Assembly (NCBI GenBank): GCA_013265495.1
Contig: MU058718.1
Coordinates: forward strand, 620,001-684,000
Direction of reading: 5' to 3'
From: Vicugna vicugna
Lineage: Eukaryota
Length of the DNA stretch: 64,000 nucleotides
In this document: piece by piece, positions 13,188 to 27,444 of the stretch
How the letters are laid out: each line of letters opens with the position of its first letter
Numbering within the stretch: the first letter of the stretch is position 1
Program-made: the position numbers and the translations under genes
The notes under the pieces: model-generated
The model's database searches: none
Told to the model about the DNA's origin: nothing
What the model saw: the letters and a program-made list of their open reading frames with translations, nothing else

Positions 13188-13366
13188 AGTAGTTCTCAAC
13201 CTTGGCTGCACATTCAACCCCCTCTGGGGCCTTTAAAAAAACCCCTGATGCCCCGGTCCCATCCCAAACCAAGTAATTGAAAATCCTTGTAGTGGAGTTG
13301 GAGTGGAGTGGAGTACTTTCTGATGCACCTGAGTGGTTTTCATAGCTAGCCAGGCTGAGAACCATC
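13188..13366. mobile_element. MER5B-like hAT-Charlie MITE
   Basis: agtagttctcaaccttggctgcacatt ... agccaggctgagaaccatct termini. Confidence 0.75.
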
Positions 13367-13871
13367 TTCCCTCAGTGTTCCCTCCAAACTCTGCCCACAT
13401 CCTGGGCACCGCAAACCTCCCCAGGATGGCCACTGCTTCTTGCTGGTCTTAATAAGATTCCGCCAAAGAATGGGTATCTTGTTTACCTTTTAAATGGCTT
13501 GGTAAAGAAAGCACAAATCATTGCATCTCTCACTGATATTCTGTTTGCTTTGGGTTTACATGCAGACTTCTGCTCAGGATTTTATCACTCTTGCCCTACC
13601 TGCCAGTAGAATAAATGATATTTTGGTACCAGAGTTCCAACCTGAATGACACTTGGGCAGAAGTTTCTAAAGACTCCCTAGACTCCTGAGTAAGAGTGCC
13701 TGCCTCTTGCTGTGGCCATTTCATTCTTGCTAAGCAGGAAAAGAGGGTCAGGGGTCAGCTCCAGGCACTTTCTGAACATGAATCAGCTGCAGAACGCTCT
13801 GAGTACATTCTCTCTTAGTCTAGAAATTCGGCTCATGAGAGCATAACTGATTTACAAACAGTCAAAACCAA

Positions 13872-14026
13872 AAAGTGTTCCAGATCTATGGACCAGTGAC
13901 ATCAACATCATCTGGGAGCTTGTCAGAAGGGCTGGACTTTCAGGCCTCATCCCAGACCCAGAATTAGGATCTGTGTTTTAAGATCCCAGGAGATTTGCGT
14001 GCACATTCAAGGTTAAGGAGTACTGG
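13872..14026 (+). mobile_element. MER5A/MER5A1-like hAT-Charlie MITE
   Basis: ggaccagtgacatcaacatcatctgggagcttgtcagaa ... gatcccaggagatttgcgtgcacattcaaggtt. Confidence 0.7.
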
Positions 14027-14134
14027 CTACACACTCAACCCTGACTTGCTGGCTTGACACTTGTTCTGTTGACATTGGTTAAGCACCATCTACAGCAAAA
14101 GCAGCCTGCTTTTGTAAGAAGCATTGGGGATTTG

Positions 14135-14290
14135 GGTTGGAAGTCATATGGCCTTTCTGTGCCTCAGTTTCCCCCAGCAGTAGATAGCAAAGGCTCCATC
14201 ATATAGGATTGTTGAAAAAAATTTATCATTTTTTGTACATGAAAGTGTTTTGCAAACTGTCAAGTCCTACCAAAATATTAGTTATTAGTT
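14135..14290 (+). mobile_element. MIR SINE fragment
   Basis: MIR core ctttctgtgcctcagtttcccc ... ataggattgttg. Confidence 0.65.
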
Positions 14291-15499
14291 GTCAGAGTGA
14301 GAATACCTCAGTATAAACCAACACATAACTGAAAAAGCAACTCAGAGTACTAGTCAGTCTAATGATATTCATGGAGCATTTTCAGTGTATTATGTGCAGT
14401 ATGAAAAATATCTTTGATTATCTGATAGTGTTTCACACATTTACAAGAGATGAATTTTCTACCACGGCCTGTCGTACCGAAAAGTGTATCTTTGTTGCTC
14501 TTTCAGAATTCTTTTCTACATTGACAAACTTTTCTCTGCCCCAATCAGAATTATCTTCCTTTGGTTCAGACTCAACTTGGTCTTTCCTTTACTCTCATTC
14601 ATTTTAAGTGTTCATATGTCATTTCCATTCTGGAGGGTGAGAGCATGTAACCTTCTTTTCCATTAAATTTCAGTGCCCAGAACTCCTCCTGAGGCCTTCT
14701 CTTTGTCCTGACATTGGTGAGCCACACTGATTGCCTGAAGTCCTTATGGAAGAGCCTGAGTACTTCCACTATGTTTAGAAATTCAAGCTAAGAACCTATT
14801 AGGTAGGTAGGTGACACTGGGTTCTTCATATGCAAAACAAGGGGATTGGACTAGACGAATTCCCTCCTTCCTTCTTTCCTTCAACAGACATTTGCTGAGT
14901 CGCCGCCATGTGTCCTGCTCTAAAAGCTGAGGGCGCAGCATTGAAAAAGCCATTACAGCCCAGTGGCTGATCTCTCAGCCCCTCCCTGAGCCAATCATCT
15001 ATGATGCTATTAGCATATTTATGCAGTGTCATTCTCATTTGGACAAGATATTTTCCTCACCTTGTTTGTTTCTCCAGATTTTCAAGAAGTCTGCTTTGTA
15101 ATTCCAATAGAACAGCCCCCGAGGGTGTCTGGGTAAAGGAGCCTCCAGCCACTCACCGCAGACCAGATTCTGGAGAAGGGAAGGCACTAGCTTCTCTCAT
15201 CCCTCCCTCTTCCTGGCTCATCACAATGCTCTCCTTCCGCCCACGCATTTTAGGCTTTCACAGGAGGGTGACTGAATGGATGAATGCTCCGTCTCCTTAG
15301 TCTGTTTCTTTCTTCCCAGCTCTGGGCTGGGATACTGTACTGCCCTCTCCCTAAATGCAACCCAGAAGAACATCCTTAGGACCAGCTTTCCTGGACCTTC
15401 ATCACCGAAGAGGAGCCACACGAGAGTGAGCACAAGAGCGGTACCAGCTACCACTCGTCGAGGCCGACCGAATGTCACGTACTCGCCAAATATGTACAC

Positions 15500-15730
15500 A
15501 CGATGTTTCATTCGACCCTCACTTACTGCCTCACGAGGTGGGTTCTAGCATTACTCCTCCCCACCACATACGAACACAAAAACACTTACTTCACAAAGAG
15601 GAAGCTGAGGTGCAGAGGGTAAGGGACTTGGCAAAGATCTGACAGCCAGGAAGAGGTGAGAACCAGGGTTCAAAACCCAAGGTTCTCTGACCGGCAAGCC
15701 TCCCTCCTTCAGCCCAATTCTACACTGCTT
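15500..15730 (-). mobile_element. MIR SINE
   Basis: gaggaagctgaggtgcagagggtaagggacttggcaaagatc ... gggttcaaaacccaagg (reverse MIR core). Confidence 0.75.
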
Positions 15731-15913
15731 TTCATGGCAAAAAGAACTCTGGCCCTGCCACTGAACACTCAATAAACCCAAATCCTGAGCAAGTCCATTG
15801 GCCCCTTATTCAGGGTCTCATAGCACTCATCTGGAAAATAGTTACAGCAATGGTGATAACTCTCTTCCCTCCCTTTCAGGGTTGCTGTGGGATCACATGC
15901 TGCCAGCATCATC

Positions 15914-15964
15914 TATCCATCCACCCATGCATCCATATATCCATCCATCCATCCATCCATCCAC
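15914..15964. repeat. Imperfect (ATCC)n microsatellite at an L2 3' tail
   Basis: atccatccacccatgcatccatatatccatccatccatccatccatcca followed by L2-like aatacttgctgagcatgtgcccagtgctggg. Confidence 0.8.
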
Positions 15965-18628
15965 CCACACACCCAATACTTGCTGAGCATGTGCCCAGTG
16001 CTGGGTATGTGCTGGGTACTAGGAAGGATGATGAAGGCCCACTAAGAGATGAGTGCAAGATGCTTTTGAAGTCAGCTTTTCGCCTTCCCAGAAAAAGTTT
16101 AAGCCAACCTCCTCATTCACTCATCAAACACTTAGTGAGCATTTCTAAGCATAGGGCACTATGCTAGTCACTAGGGCTACAGATGCCAAAAAGAGAACAA
16201 TAAAAGACAAGGCTGCACAGATGCAAACAGTATCTTTCATCATTTATTAAGCCATCACCTATCACCTTCCATCATTTATAGGCACACGGCAGCTAGGAGC
16301 CGTAAGGCAAGGTTGATATTCTAAGTAATACTTTACATGAAGGTGAAGAATTGCTGAAGGAAGTAAAAATTTTAGGTGATTTCAGTTTCAATTAATGTGC
16401 TACTGTATCTCAAGGACTAATGAGAGTTTTTGAGGAGGTGGTAATACACCAGATCCCTCTCTGAATCCTGGCTCTCGTTTTAGAATGACAGTATCAAGGG
16501 AAATACATGCAAGTCAGAAAATCTCTCCTCTCTGGCTTCTGTGGTAAATGTGCAGGCTGTTTCCTTGGCTGCAAGTTGGCTATCCCATGCAGCCATTTAA
16601 GATCCATGGCTCTGTGCGGCCTGAAGATTCCCTGTCATTGAATTAGAAATCACCGGCTCCGCTGCACAGGAAGCATCTCTTTTCCATTTGGGCTTCCCCC
16701 AAGTGGCTCACAAAGCTTACGGGTTTGGTCTTGCGTGGGTGTTCTGAGGGCAGAGTCAGGCGAGCCTCTGCATAAAAAAAAGCCAAACCAGGATCTTTTC
16801 ATTTCAAATTAAATGCTGGAGGAGCAGTAGACTTAAGAGAAATAACCTAGTTTTTTTTTCCCCCTTCAAAGATGTAAAATAACCATGAATTCTCCCTAAA
16901 CGGAAAGCTGTGCTTCAAGAAGGGTACCCCCAGAAATGAACACTGACTCACCAGGTGCCCGATGGGGTGGGCACAGAGTTTCTCAGTCCTGAGTCCAGCC
17001 CTCAGGAGGACTGGTAGAGGACAATGCCCACGTTTTCTTAAAACATAGATGTTGCTATTGTTTAGATACCAATGGAGTTGGTCCTGACGGAATTTTAAAG
17101 ATGGTGCTACATTTCTTAGGCCCTTCCTCCAGGAATACTATTTTCAGAATACTGGAACTGCAGGGGCCCTGCAATGTGTTCTCTTCATTTATTTACTCTT
17201 CAATTATCTGAGAATTCCAGAACTTTAAAACAGGAAGGCACTTTAAGAATCTGATTTAGAAATCATCCAATCTACCTGCCTTGCCATGTTATCACTTAAG
17301 GAACCAGAGTCCAAAAGAGATACAGCAGTTGCCAAGGTCACTCAACAAAGCTGACACTGAAGGTGATACTAGAGCCCCTGTGTTTGTGGTCTTTATCATT
17401 CAGATTATACCAACGGTCATTAGTCTTCCTATCAATGTCACTGATAGAGGGATAGAATAATAAATCTGTGATTTAAAACAGATAATCCAGATAACACCAG
17501 AATAATACATTGCAGGACCTGAATGTTGAGGCCTGTGTACATCACAAACAATGTAAGCCAAACACAGCAGGATCAGGGGCCTCCAAAAATGACTGCATGC
17601 CATCAGGTTTTTCCAGACCCAGAGCTGTTGCGTCTTCACAGTGGGCTGGCATTTTTCCAGTTCTGGGCATTTTGTGCACCTGTCCTCCTCATACTGGCTG
17701 GCCACCACTGTTGAGCCTTCCGCCACCCAAGTCCTGCCATAGGACCCTCTTGTTTGTGCCTAACTGGTCAGAGAGATCGCCAGCACTGATGTGAAGTTAA
17801 GTATTGTTTGGAGATTGGACAAAGCAACATCTTTTTTCAGCCAAAATCTATGCCAGTGGAAGACTTGTTTCTCCATTATAGTTAATCTTATTCATCAGTT
17901 TGGGTTGTATTTATTTAATTCTGTGGGTTTTATTCTGACACTACATTTATACAGAGGCTTACAACTGGGATGTCTATATGTATATCTAGAAGTCATCAAT
18001 TATAAACCTAATTATCTAATTAATTGACCAATTTGTCATTTGAAAAGACTGGGCATCTTCACAGGGATGACACTATGGTAAGACCTGGGCCCTAGAGATG
18101 GTTATTTACGGTTTATTGACACTTTATAATTCGTGCAGAATCTGTCCTTTTAGAGCCCAAAAAAGCTTCAGGGATCTTTTAATGGATCTTTTTGTTCTTC
18201 CCAGCCTAGAAACTGTCTTATCTGAGGGAAGGAAGGTGACAGGCTGAAGGTCACATTGGGAAGAAGAACTGGGCTCTAGGTCCACCTGGCAATGGGATCT
18301 TCAGGCAGTTGCTTCCCTTTCAAATACAGACCTTACTTTAACAGAAACAGGTGACATCCTATTAGTAATGAGAGTTATGGTAAGAAGATCACTATCAGGG
18401 CTTGAAGTCTGAGCTTGAAGAGGGAGTTCTGGGGGAGGTAAGATAATCCAGATACCTCTCATTAAAGATTTTAATTTAGGAGACAGACTTTTCCCCATTT
18501 AAAATTAATGGCCACGAGCAACATACAGTTTGACAGCAATATTTCACCTCAAAGACTGAAATAATTAGGGATAAGATAGTGATCATTTGTTGGGCTGTAA
18601 GCATTATACAAAAAGATCTATATTATGT

Positions 18629-18790
18629 CATTCATTCATATATGCATTCATTCAACAAGTATTTATTTAACATCCATGGTATGCCAGGGAGGGTTCTGGA
18701 CAGTAGGAATACTGTGGTGAACAAGGCCAGGTCCCTGGCCTTTTGGAATTTATATTCAAGTGGGGGAGATAGATAATAAACAAGTAAACA
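18629..18790 (-). mobile_element. L2 LINE 3' end
   Basis: cattcattcaacaagtatttatttaacatccatggtatgccagg ... gtccctggccttttggaatttatattc. Confidence 0.75.
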
Positions 18791-18844
18791 AGTTAAAATG
18801 GACTTTTAATTTATGTAGATGTTACTGTTCCTTCTGAAAACTCA

Positions 18845-19868
18845 CTAACATGACAGCAATGGCATAAATGCACAAGGAAAAGGATGCAGAAGAGAAGACA
18901 GGAGATGACAATGGGTATCAGCAATTATTGAAGTTGACAAAATTTTGGAAGCTGGAAAATGGAAGAACATGGAGGTAACGGACTCAGTAGACCAAAGGAA
19001 GGTGATACCTGTGCCCACAGCAATTGTGAACATGATGGTTCATGCTGCAGAACCCCCAAGTTCAGGATTCGGAGACCAGGTATCTCTGAAGGCAGGGGAG
19101 CAGGGAGGGGCTGAAAATAGTAGGTTTGGCAGAAAATATGTCTAAGACACAGGGAGACCCTCAGATTCTTTCCCCGACCCCACAAAACCAGGCAACTACT
19201 GTATCATCTTAGCGTCTTTCTCCTAACAGCCCCTAGAACCCAGGCAGCCAGGCCTGTATCTTCCAGAAGGAGAAAAGGATTCCTCTAGGGGAAATGGGCT
19301 AGTTCATGAGTTAAGAATTACAGCTGTGAGTCCCACCAAAACAGCCTGGCCAGGCCCGACCAGATCTCCTGGTGGTGAAATTCATACACACAAGTTCTAG
19401 TGCCTTGCTCTTAAACGTAAGGCTCTTGCTTGAGAGACAGGGTCCAAAACAAACAGAAAAATTAACTCAAGGAAGCACAGACTACACTGGGAGCCAAAAG
19501 AGTCTCCAAACCCCAATTGTACCATCTTCAGAGATAACAGAAAAAAGATTTACACCCAAGAAACAAGAACAGAATGAGATACAAAAAGGAACATTCAAAG
19601 AACAAGAAGTTTTGCATGAAAATACAATTGCAAAGATTAAAAATTATATAGTAAGTTTAGAAGATAAAGTTATAGAAATCATCCAGAAAGTAGAATGAAA
19701 AAACTGAATGTAGAGTAAAAAGACTGAAACTAGGAAAGGAAAAGTTAAGGAAATTAGAGGATCAAAAGAGAAGTGCTATTATCTGATTAAAATGAGAGAG
19801 GATTATTTTTAAAATTTGAGAAAATTTCCTAAAACTGAAGGAGCACAAGTTTTTAGATTAGAAGGGTT
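18845..19868 (+). mobile_element. HAL1-like (Half-L1) element fragment with decayed ORF1-type coiled coil
   Basis: A-rich; ORF 19372-19698 ends KKQEQNEIQKGTFKEQ...IVSLEDKVIEIIQKVE, followed by aaattagaggatcaa ... gaaaattttcctaaaactgaagg ... agattagaaggg, typical of HAL1/L1 ORF1. The 5' boundary is uncertain. Confidence 0.65.
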
Positions 19869-19924
19869 AGTGTAAAGTCTTTATCTCTAAAAAAATGATT
19901 GAACTTAGACCCAGTGAGGACTTT

Positions 19925-20115
19925 TGCAATCACTCATGGGTGGTGATTGTCACCCCCCTTTTTAATATGAGGAAATCAAGGCCAAGAGAAGTTAAGGCAT
20001 CTCTCCAAAGTCACACAGCTTGTAATCAGTGGAACTGGGAATCAGTGGAATCAGTCAGATCCAGGTTGGTCTGACCCCAAAGCATGTCCTCTGAACCACA
20101 AGTTGATACTGCCTG
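19925..20115 (-). mobile_element. MIR SINE
   Basis: tttaatatgaggaaatcaaggccaagagaagttaaggcatctctccaaagtcacacagct. Confidence 0.75.
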
Positions 20116-23100
20116 AGACATTTCTGGACTCTGATTCTGCCATCAGCATAATCAGCAATCCTGCCATTAATCCATGCTACCAGCAAGTGTTCTTGAACTT
20201 GCCAGGGCATAGCAGAGCACAGAGTGATGAGAAATGGAGTCATTTGCCCCAACTCTCCCTTTAATCCTAAAAACTAGGCCCCTGAATGGCTAGATTTGTG
20301 AGGGATGCAAATTGGGGTAATTTGGAGAGTCAGACTCATCTTCGAACTATAGGAATTGAGGGAAAGCAAACTTCGCCAAGCACCAAAGGAAGACCCAACT
20401 CCACTTGCGAGGGCTCAGAGATAGGATTTCCAGTGGGATCCTTGTGATCGTCATGGGTTCATTTGAGGTAGAAATTTCATCAAAATTCTGATTGGTATTG
20501 GGAGTCTAGAGATTCTTTAGGATGAAGATCAATCTAGGTATCAAGCTGGCTTCTTCTAGACTTCTAACGGCTCAGCCAGAGCCCTGAATCTTTGCTAGTC
20601 TGGATCACTCCAAGGGGCTGAATCTAAGCTGATGGATCTAAAAGAGGAAGAGGCAGAGGAGAAAGGAGTTTCTCTGTACCGACTTCCCAGAGTCAGGATT
20701 CTTAAGAGAATGATCCCAGCAGATGTTTTATATCTTTCAGTCCATGACATTTAAGGTATCAGGGAGGTCTCATATGGCCAATATCTCCAGAAGTAAATCA
20801 ATTACCCAATATGATGAAGTGGAGTTGAAAAAACCTGACCTACAGGTAAAAGCAATCTCTTGGCTCAAGGAATTTCAGCGGCCCTTTTGCTTGGATATAC
20901 ACCAGTTTGAGTCTGACCTCTGAATGTATAAAACTTGCTCCTAAGCCACTGCAGGGGCAGCCAAAAATACAAAACCTTCTTTGTTCTTGGCCACTTGGTG
21001 GCTAATTTTCCCGTGTGAAGACCCAAGAAATAAACATGAAATCTTTTACTTGTTCTGTCTTTTAAGAGAAAGCACTTATTTTTTGTGATGATCCTTCTAA
21101 TAAGTTTGTTCACGCAGCTGCAGAAGGATGGAAGGCAGCTCCCGTGCAGACATGTGGACCTGAATGAGGAGATGGTCATGAGCGTGACCCCGGCATTGAG
21201 CTATCCTGGTTGAGCGCTTAAAGAGCTTTTCTCTGAGCCACTGCTTCTCCAGTACCCCCTAATTAGCCTGCTCTCTGAACTGCATACAGATGGAGTGGCA
21301 AAAGAAGAACTCTGGAAGCAAATAAAAATTATGCAGCTGCCTCTAGCTGGAGATCACCAATAGAAAATTAGGGGAAGAACTGTGACCATACAAAGCTTTA
21401 AATTCTCTCACCAATCTCATAGGTTAAAAAGAAAGCCTTCATGCCACACATCTTCGCTTGCAAGACATCTGCTTTCTCTGAGTATTGACAAAACTCACTC
21501 CTGAATGGCAGTGAGCTATGTAACAAGGTTTACCTTGAATTCAGGATCTGCAGCTCAGATCCAGACTCAGGGACAGGCTGGCCTCAGTCACACCGTCAGT
21601 TGTAACCAAATTAGAGACACTTTTGGGAATCAAGGACTCTCAGACTTGGTAGTGGAGCACACAATCCTTTGCGATTCCAGGTGAATTTGGAGCAACATCA
21701 CCAAAATTAAACAAACATACAGATGTGGTCATTTTTACCCACAGATGCCATGGCTGTACTTGTAGTGAGCTTTGACTTTTAGAGTAATACTTATATATAA
21801 CATTTAGTCAGGATATTAGAATGATCCTGCTAAGCATACCAGAGTTAATAACATCATAGGCACAAAACAATTTCTTGGATGATGGTGAACATGTGTGAAT
21901 AATTCCCTTTCTCACAGCCTATCTCCCTGAGGTCTAACGACTACTCCAAAATTCTTCCAACTTCCTAAACATGCTGCAGTCCTGAGCATTCTCTCAGTGT
22001 ACCCAGTAGACGCAGACCCAGGCAGTGTTCTAGCCAACCCCTCATGTCAGCATCTTTCCTCAGCAAGTTCCTCTTTCTAGCTCTTCCCAAAAAGTGTTTG
22101 GGAAGGCTGCCCTCTTTGCGTTTAGAAACACAGCTGGAGGTGGGAATTGGAACCACCACCATGCCATGCAACACCATGTAAATGACTTCTGAAAAACAGC
22201 AAACCCAAACCAAAAAAAGTCACCTCAAGGATTTCAATTTACCAATCAGAGAAGACTATCACACACATTGTTAAAAAAAAATTACCTGATGAAATCCTCT
22301 CAATATTTATTTTAAAATACTTTACAGATCATTAACTTTGAGAATCCCAAATCTTAACCTGATTTTAAGAGTTCCTGCCAATGAACATTAATTCAAAACC
22401 AAGACAGTTGATACCTCCAAATTATAGTTTTAGTCAGTGGGAAAATAATTTGATTTAAAAAAGGTCATTTCAGACAACCTTTAAAGAATAAACCCACTGT
22501 GTAAATGAGGTTTGTCTAAGGTATATGTTCTCTTCCATATGCTTCACCCAGATACTAACGGTAGATTAGGAGAGTATGCTAAGTTTCTTAATGCTTGCCA
22601 CTGTCATCCCTTTTCTGTGAGAAGTTGAATTTCCAGGCTCTCTAAGAGAGTGTTGGGTGCTGTAGTCATCTGTTGATGCTACTCACAGATGCCTCTCGGG
22701 AAACTGGGTCTGAGGGATACACATCTAATTTTATTTTGACTTGGGTAGAGCATAAGTGGTTGTGTGTTTTAAATCCAAAGTGAGCAGTAGCTTTTGAGAT
22801 AGAGCCCTAAAGCTGCTTCCCACCTTGGAAATGTTTGACTTAGTGGCACAGGTACAAGACTGGCATCATGCCAAACACTGATCGGATCTCTTCAAACAGC
22901 CTTCAAACAGTCCACATTTCTTCCAAAAGAATCACATCATCATGAGGCCACAATCACAGAGCAAGGGTGGCTTTCAGGTGGCCTGTGATCCGGGCACCAG
23001 GCAACTGAACCTGGTGAGCCTCCCATTTTCTTTCTTTCTTTCTTTAAGCTCAGAAAGAACAGAAAATCCGCATTTGGATTCTACTTGCCATGGAGTTTCA

Positions 23101-24329
23101 TCATCACCAAGATCTCTGCCTATATTTTTTGCTAATTTTCTTTTCTTTCCATGTGACGCAGACCAAGGAACTCAAGATAGTACCCTTCATATTATTAAAC
23201 TCCAATACGTTTCTAAATTATCAAGTCACTCTTTTTTTAGTATTATTACTCTGGGCTAAATTACCCTGTCTTTTCTTTTAGAATGCATGTCTTTTTATTT
23301 TCTCACTCTCTTCACTGACATCTTCATATCTTTTTCATTTTATAGGTATATTTTTTATTTTTAACAGGTAATACATGGCACTATCTACTCCCTTCAAATG
23401 GGAGAGTGGAAAGTAATCCTCCCCATTCCTATCTGCCAGACTTCCCAGTTCCACATTCTAGGTAACAGTTACTGGTGTTCACATTTTTTTAAAAATGAAG
23501 GAGACCAAAATCAGATGAGATTCTCACTGCATGTAGTTAATGCTGAATATAGCAGGAGGATCTCTTCCTGGCTTTGGCAGTGCCAGCTCTCTTAGACTAG
23601 GCCAGCACATTAGTTGGCATTTCACTCTCCTCCTCCCGCTCACCCCAATATAACAGCACTACATACTCAGCAGCAGCAGTGCCATGTGAGTCAGAGTTTC
23701 TCCTTTGGAAGCACAGACTGAAAGCACTATCAAGGGTCCTCAGGGGTCATGCAGCCTCATGCCATGATAAAGCAGTAGAGTTCCTGAGAGTGTAGGGTCT
23801 CACACAGAGTTGCAGGTGGAGTGACCTTCCTAACCACGGCTCTTTTCTTCCAGACACTCCGCATTCTTGGGACTGGCCACACTCCCCTAGCCTGTGTCTA
23901 CACTCAGAGCCTCATTTGTCTCTATTAAATCTTATTCTGTCACTTAAGGATCATTTAAATAAATCTGAACAATATCCTTACACTTATTGCCAACTTAAAA
24001 AAATTATTCCTGTTAGCAATGGATCCCAAAGAAGCAACAACAAATTTTTACCTTACTCTTTACTCTTTTTTTTTTTCCCTTTTGGTCGATTTTAAGCTGT
24101 TTAGTAAGATACACCGCTGGAACAATCCTTAAGGGGACATAGGTAATTGTGGAAGGCCGGCTCTTCACAGAGCTGACTCAAAGCATCTGTATTTCAATTG
24201 AGCATATACTGGAGTAGCTGTGTCATGGAGCCGTCCCGGGAAGTCTATTTCAGCCTAGGTTATTGCAGAGCCTGGGCTGTTGGATGAACCACCCCTTACT
24301 TGTAACAACATTAACAGCCAGTGCAGAAG

Positions 24330-25290
24330 TAATAATGAGGGCTATTGTTGGTTGAGCCTCTCCTATTGGCTTTATACACATTTCTCATTTAACCGTCACA
24401 ACCCTAAGAAGCTCTTTTAACTCATCTTCACTTAGCTAACTTGCTGGACCAGCCAGTACTCTCCATTCCCTTTCAACTACTTAGGGATGCCCATGGCTTA
24501 TGGACCCTTCAAGGGCTGGAATTTACGTATGCTCCTCTGCTCCCATCAGCTGACTTGTGGGTGTACCTCGGGTCACTTGAATTCGTTTCCAAACCTATTC
24601 ATGCCAGTTGTGCTTATTATTGTAAATCTGTCATTAAAAAATACGTAACAGAGATGATAACATATGAATTATACAAAAGCTAATTGCTCAAAAATTTTGT
24701 TACAAGCCTTAGAAAATATTCAGCGCTTTACTTAAAAAATCTACTGTGGAATTCAGTGTTAGTGAGAAAATTGTAAGCTAAATTATAAACAGAATAAAAC
24801 CAGAATCTAGGGAAGATTCTTTGCTCGAATTGTTTTTGCAAATGTCTTCACATTCCTACTCTGTTTTAAAGAAATCACAGACAATAACGGATCAGGGCTG
24901 TGATTTATGGAGGAAAAACAAAGACCAGCCTCAGTCAGGAACGCTATCCTCAAAGAAAGGAACATCACACCATACAAAAGATGGCACAAGAATGTATGTA
25001 GTTATGCTTTAAGTTAGTATGTTTAAGTTAAGCATAAAAGAGGCATATGCTTAAAACAACTATTACGCTTTAAACAACTATTGCAAATAACACATCAGCT
25101 ACTCACCCTGACCAAGCCAATTACGAGGTCTTCCACTGAAATGTATTCTCATCTTATAGATGAGGAAAGGAGGTTTAGAGGTCAAGGAACTTGCCCATGG
25201 TCACACACCTAGGTATTGGTGGGGCTGGAATTTAAAACAAGTCTTTAAGACTTCAAAGTCACCTTCTTGACTTTGTTCAAGACTGCATCA
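24330..25290 (-). mobile_element. MIR SINE split by a Tigger15a insertion (halves ~24330-24405 and ~25140-25290)
   Basis: Left half catttctcatttaaccgtcacaaccct; right half ctcatcttatagatgaggaaaggaggtttagaggtcaaggaacttgcccatggtcacac. Confidence 0.65.
24408..25138 (+). mobile_element. Tigger15a-like TcMar DNA transposon remnant
   Basis: gaagctcttttaactcatcttcactta...ctctccattccc start, ccaaacctattcatgccagttgtgcttattattgtaa, aatctagggaagattctttgctcgaattg, and end gaggtcttccactg resemble the remembered Tigger15a consensus. Confidence 0.7.
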
Positions 25291-26087
25291 TCATTTACAC
25301 CGCAAACCTGAGTATCTAAAATGCTACTTATAGCCTTATAATTCCCCTTGCACTGCAATGTCTTACTACAAAAATGAGACGGCTAAAGTATAAAATAATC
25401 TGTTATAAATTTCTTAGCTCCATACGGGATTTGTTGGGCTTTTCCAAAAGGATGCATCTTAACAATGTTGGCTATGAAACACATCTCTAAAGCAAACCCT
25501 GTGCTCTCATTGGCTCTACTGTCTAATTGTAGTCACGGAATTTGTCTATGGGAATGGTCCAGACTTTGGCAAAGAACAATTACCCCAGAGTTTGTTGGAA
25601 GTTTTAGCCTTTCTCCAATCCACAAAAATCCTTTATAGCATCTTCCAGACTCTGGAAGCCCCCTGCCCACCTCACTTTCCCATCTTCATACACCTTCTCT
25701 TATTTGATTTACATCTGAGATTTCCTAATACTGTATTTTGCCTAGTAGAACATTCAGGACTGGGGTGAAGGCGGGGGGGGGTGGCAGGGATGATATTTAT
25801 AGTGTTTAAGAGTTAGAAAATACACCCCAAATTAATAGTAATTGCTTCTACTAAAATTTACCCTCACCTATAACCATGAAATTCAAGGGTTTAATATGCT
25901 TAATATTAAAAAAAAGATAAGCTATATTCATGATAATCTCTCCTTGGTGTAATCTGAGTTTGTCCCCAGAAATCTTAAAGGTGAGAAAAAAAAACAAATA
26001 AGTAAACTCAAGATTAAAAGATTTTTTTTGTCCAATTGTTTGTGGAGCAGCACCTGTTAGACTATAACTCTAAATCTTGTGAAATAA

Positions 26088-26310
26088 TAGAAATCTTAAG
26101 ATTACAGGGCTCAAAAAAAGTCATAATGAAGCCATCCTGTTCACCCCCTCCCCCCTCCCCTCTTCCAGGATAGTCCAATTTAAGCTGTTTATTCCAGCCA
26201 GAAACAATCCTATTTTTGAAGTACGGTGGAGAATTAGAACCACTGCTGCCTTCCTCTGTAGCTCATCTAGTGTTTAATAACCCTCACTGTCATTAGAGTC
26301 TAAAAAAATC
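26088..26310 (-). mobile_element. L3/CR1 LINE 3' fragment
   Basis: ctagtgtttaataaccctcactgtcattagagtct and upstream tagaaatcttaagattacagggc resemble the reverse CR1 3' end. Confidence 0.5.
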
Positions 26311-27444
26311 CTCCTGGACAGGGGCCGGATGGCACAGCCTCATGACCCAAGGCACGGGTACCACAGAGGTCTTCGACTTTTCCCAAGCAGCGGGATTTCT
26401 GATGCCTAATAAACTAGCAGGCTTCTTGCTTACTACAGTGGGTCTTTTTTTTTTTCCTTTCCTGATTGTTCTTCCCCAAGCCCCAGAAAACAAACACTAG
26501 ACCCAGTGAGGAACAGCACAGTCCTGTAAAACCTCTGGACTCTTGGAAACGGAAGGAGGATCAGGCAGTGGCAATACTGGGTCCTCTGAGATATCACTGA
26601 GCCATCTTCACAATGTAGCATCAGGAAGGCCAGGGCCATACTTTAAAAAAAGTTTCCCCCAAAGGGGAAGGAAGTTGAAGCTAAAAATATATCATGCCAG
26701 CTGTTATAAATGCTTCTCAAAGGAAGCAAAGCAACTGGAGTTACCTCTTTGAAGAGCAAATGAGGGGTTAAGGAAATAATGGAATTTTTCGGTTATATAC
26801 CAGCTTGGCTACATTTTGAGGAGGAAGAAATTTTCCACCAAAAAAGTAAGTCTGTTGGTAAAAGACAAAATAATTCCATGAAAATTTAAAAGGAACTCCA
26901 AATGATACCAGTGGCTCCCAAAGTTAGGATGGAGAACTGCAGCCAAGACAGAATCAGGGTCTCCAGGCTTTGTCCCTCTCTTCAGATTCCAGGAGGACCC
27001 TTGCAAAGACCTCCTCTTATCAGGCTTGTCCAAAGCTTTCTGGTCTCTCTCCTCCCCTTGAATGTCTGTGTTCTGATGTTTTTTTGCAAGCTGACTGGAA
27101 TGAACTTGACGTGGCTGGTGGCCTTGTAAGAAAGTGTGAAGGGCAGAGGGGAAAGGAAAGACTTCCTGAGCCAAATAGTTATCTTTGAAAGAGCCAGCCC
27201 CGGCTGCCTGAGAAGCTGATAGCACTGGAGCAGCTGTCTTAGATTGCAGGTCTGGGGTTCCTAAAGGAGCCACTTTTCCTGAGATCCACGTCATCCCCGC
27301 TCCTCACCTGGCCTGCTGAAGTAGTTTTGTTTCAGGTGTTGGCTTCCTGAGGCCCAGCAGACATCCTCTCCAAGAAGGGATGGACCCCAGGAAGGCTGAG
27401 AAACAAGGACCAAAGCCCAAGAAAGGCACAGGATGCCCCAGGAG

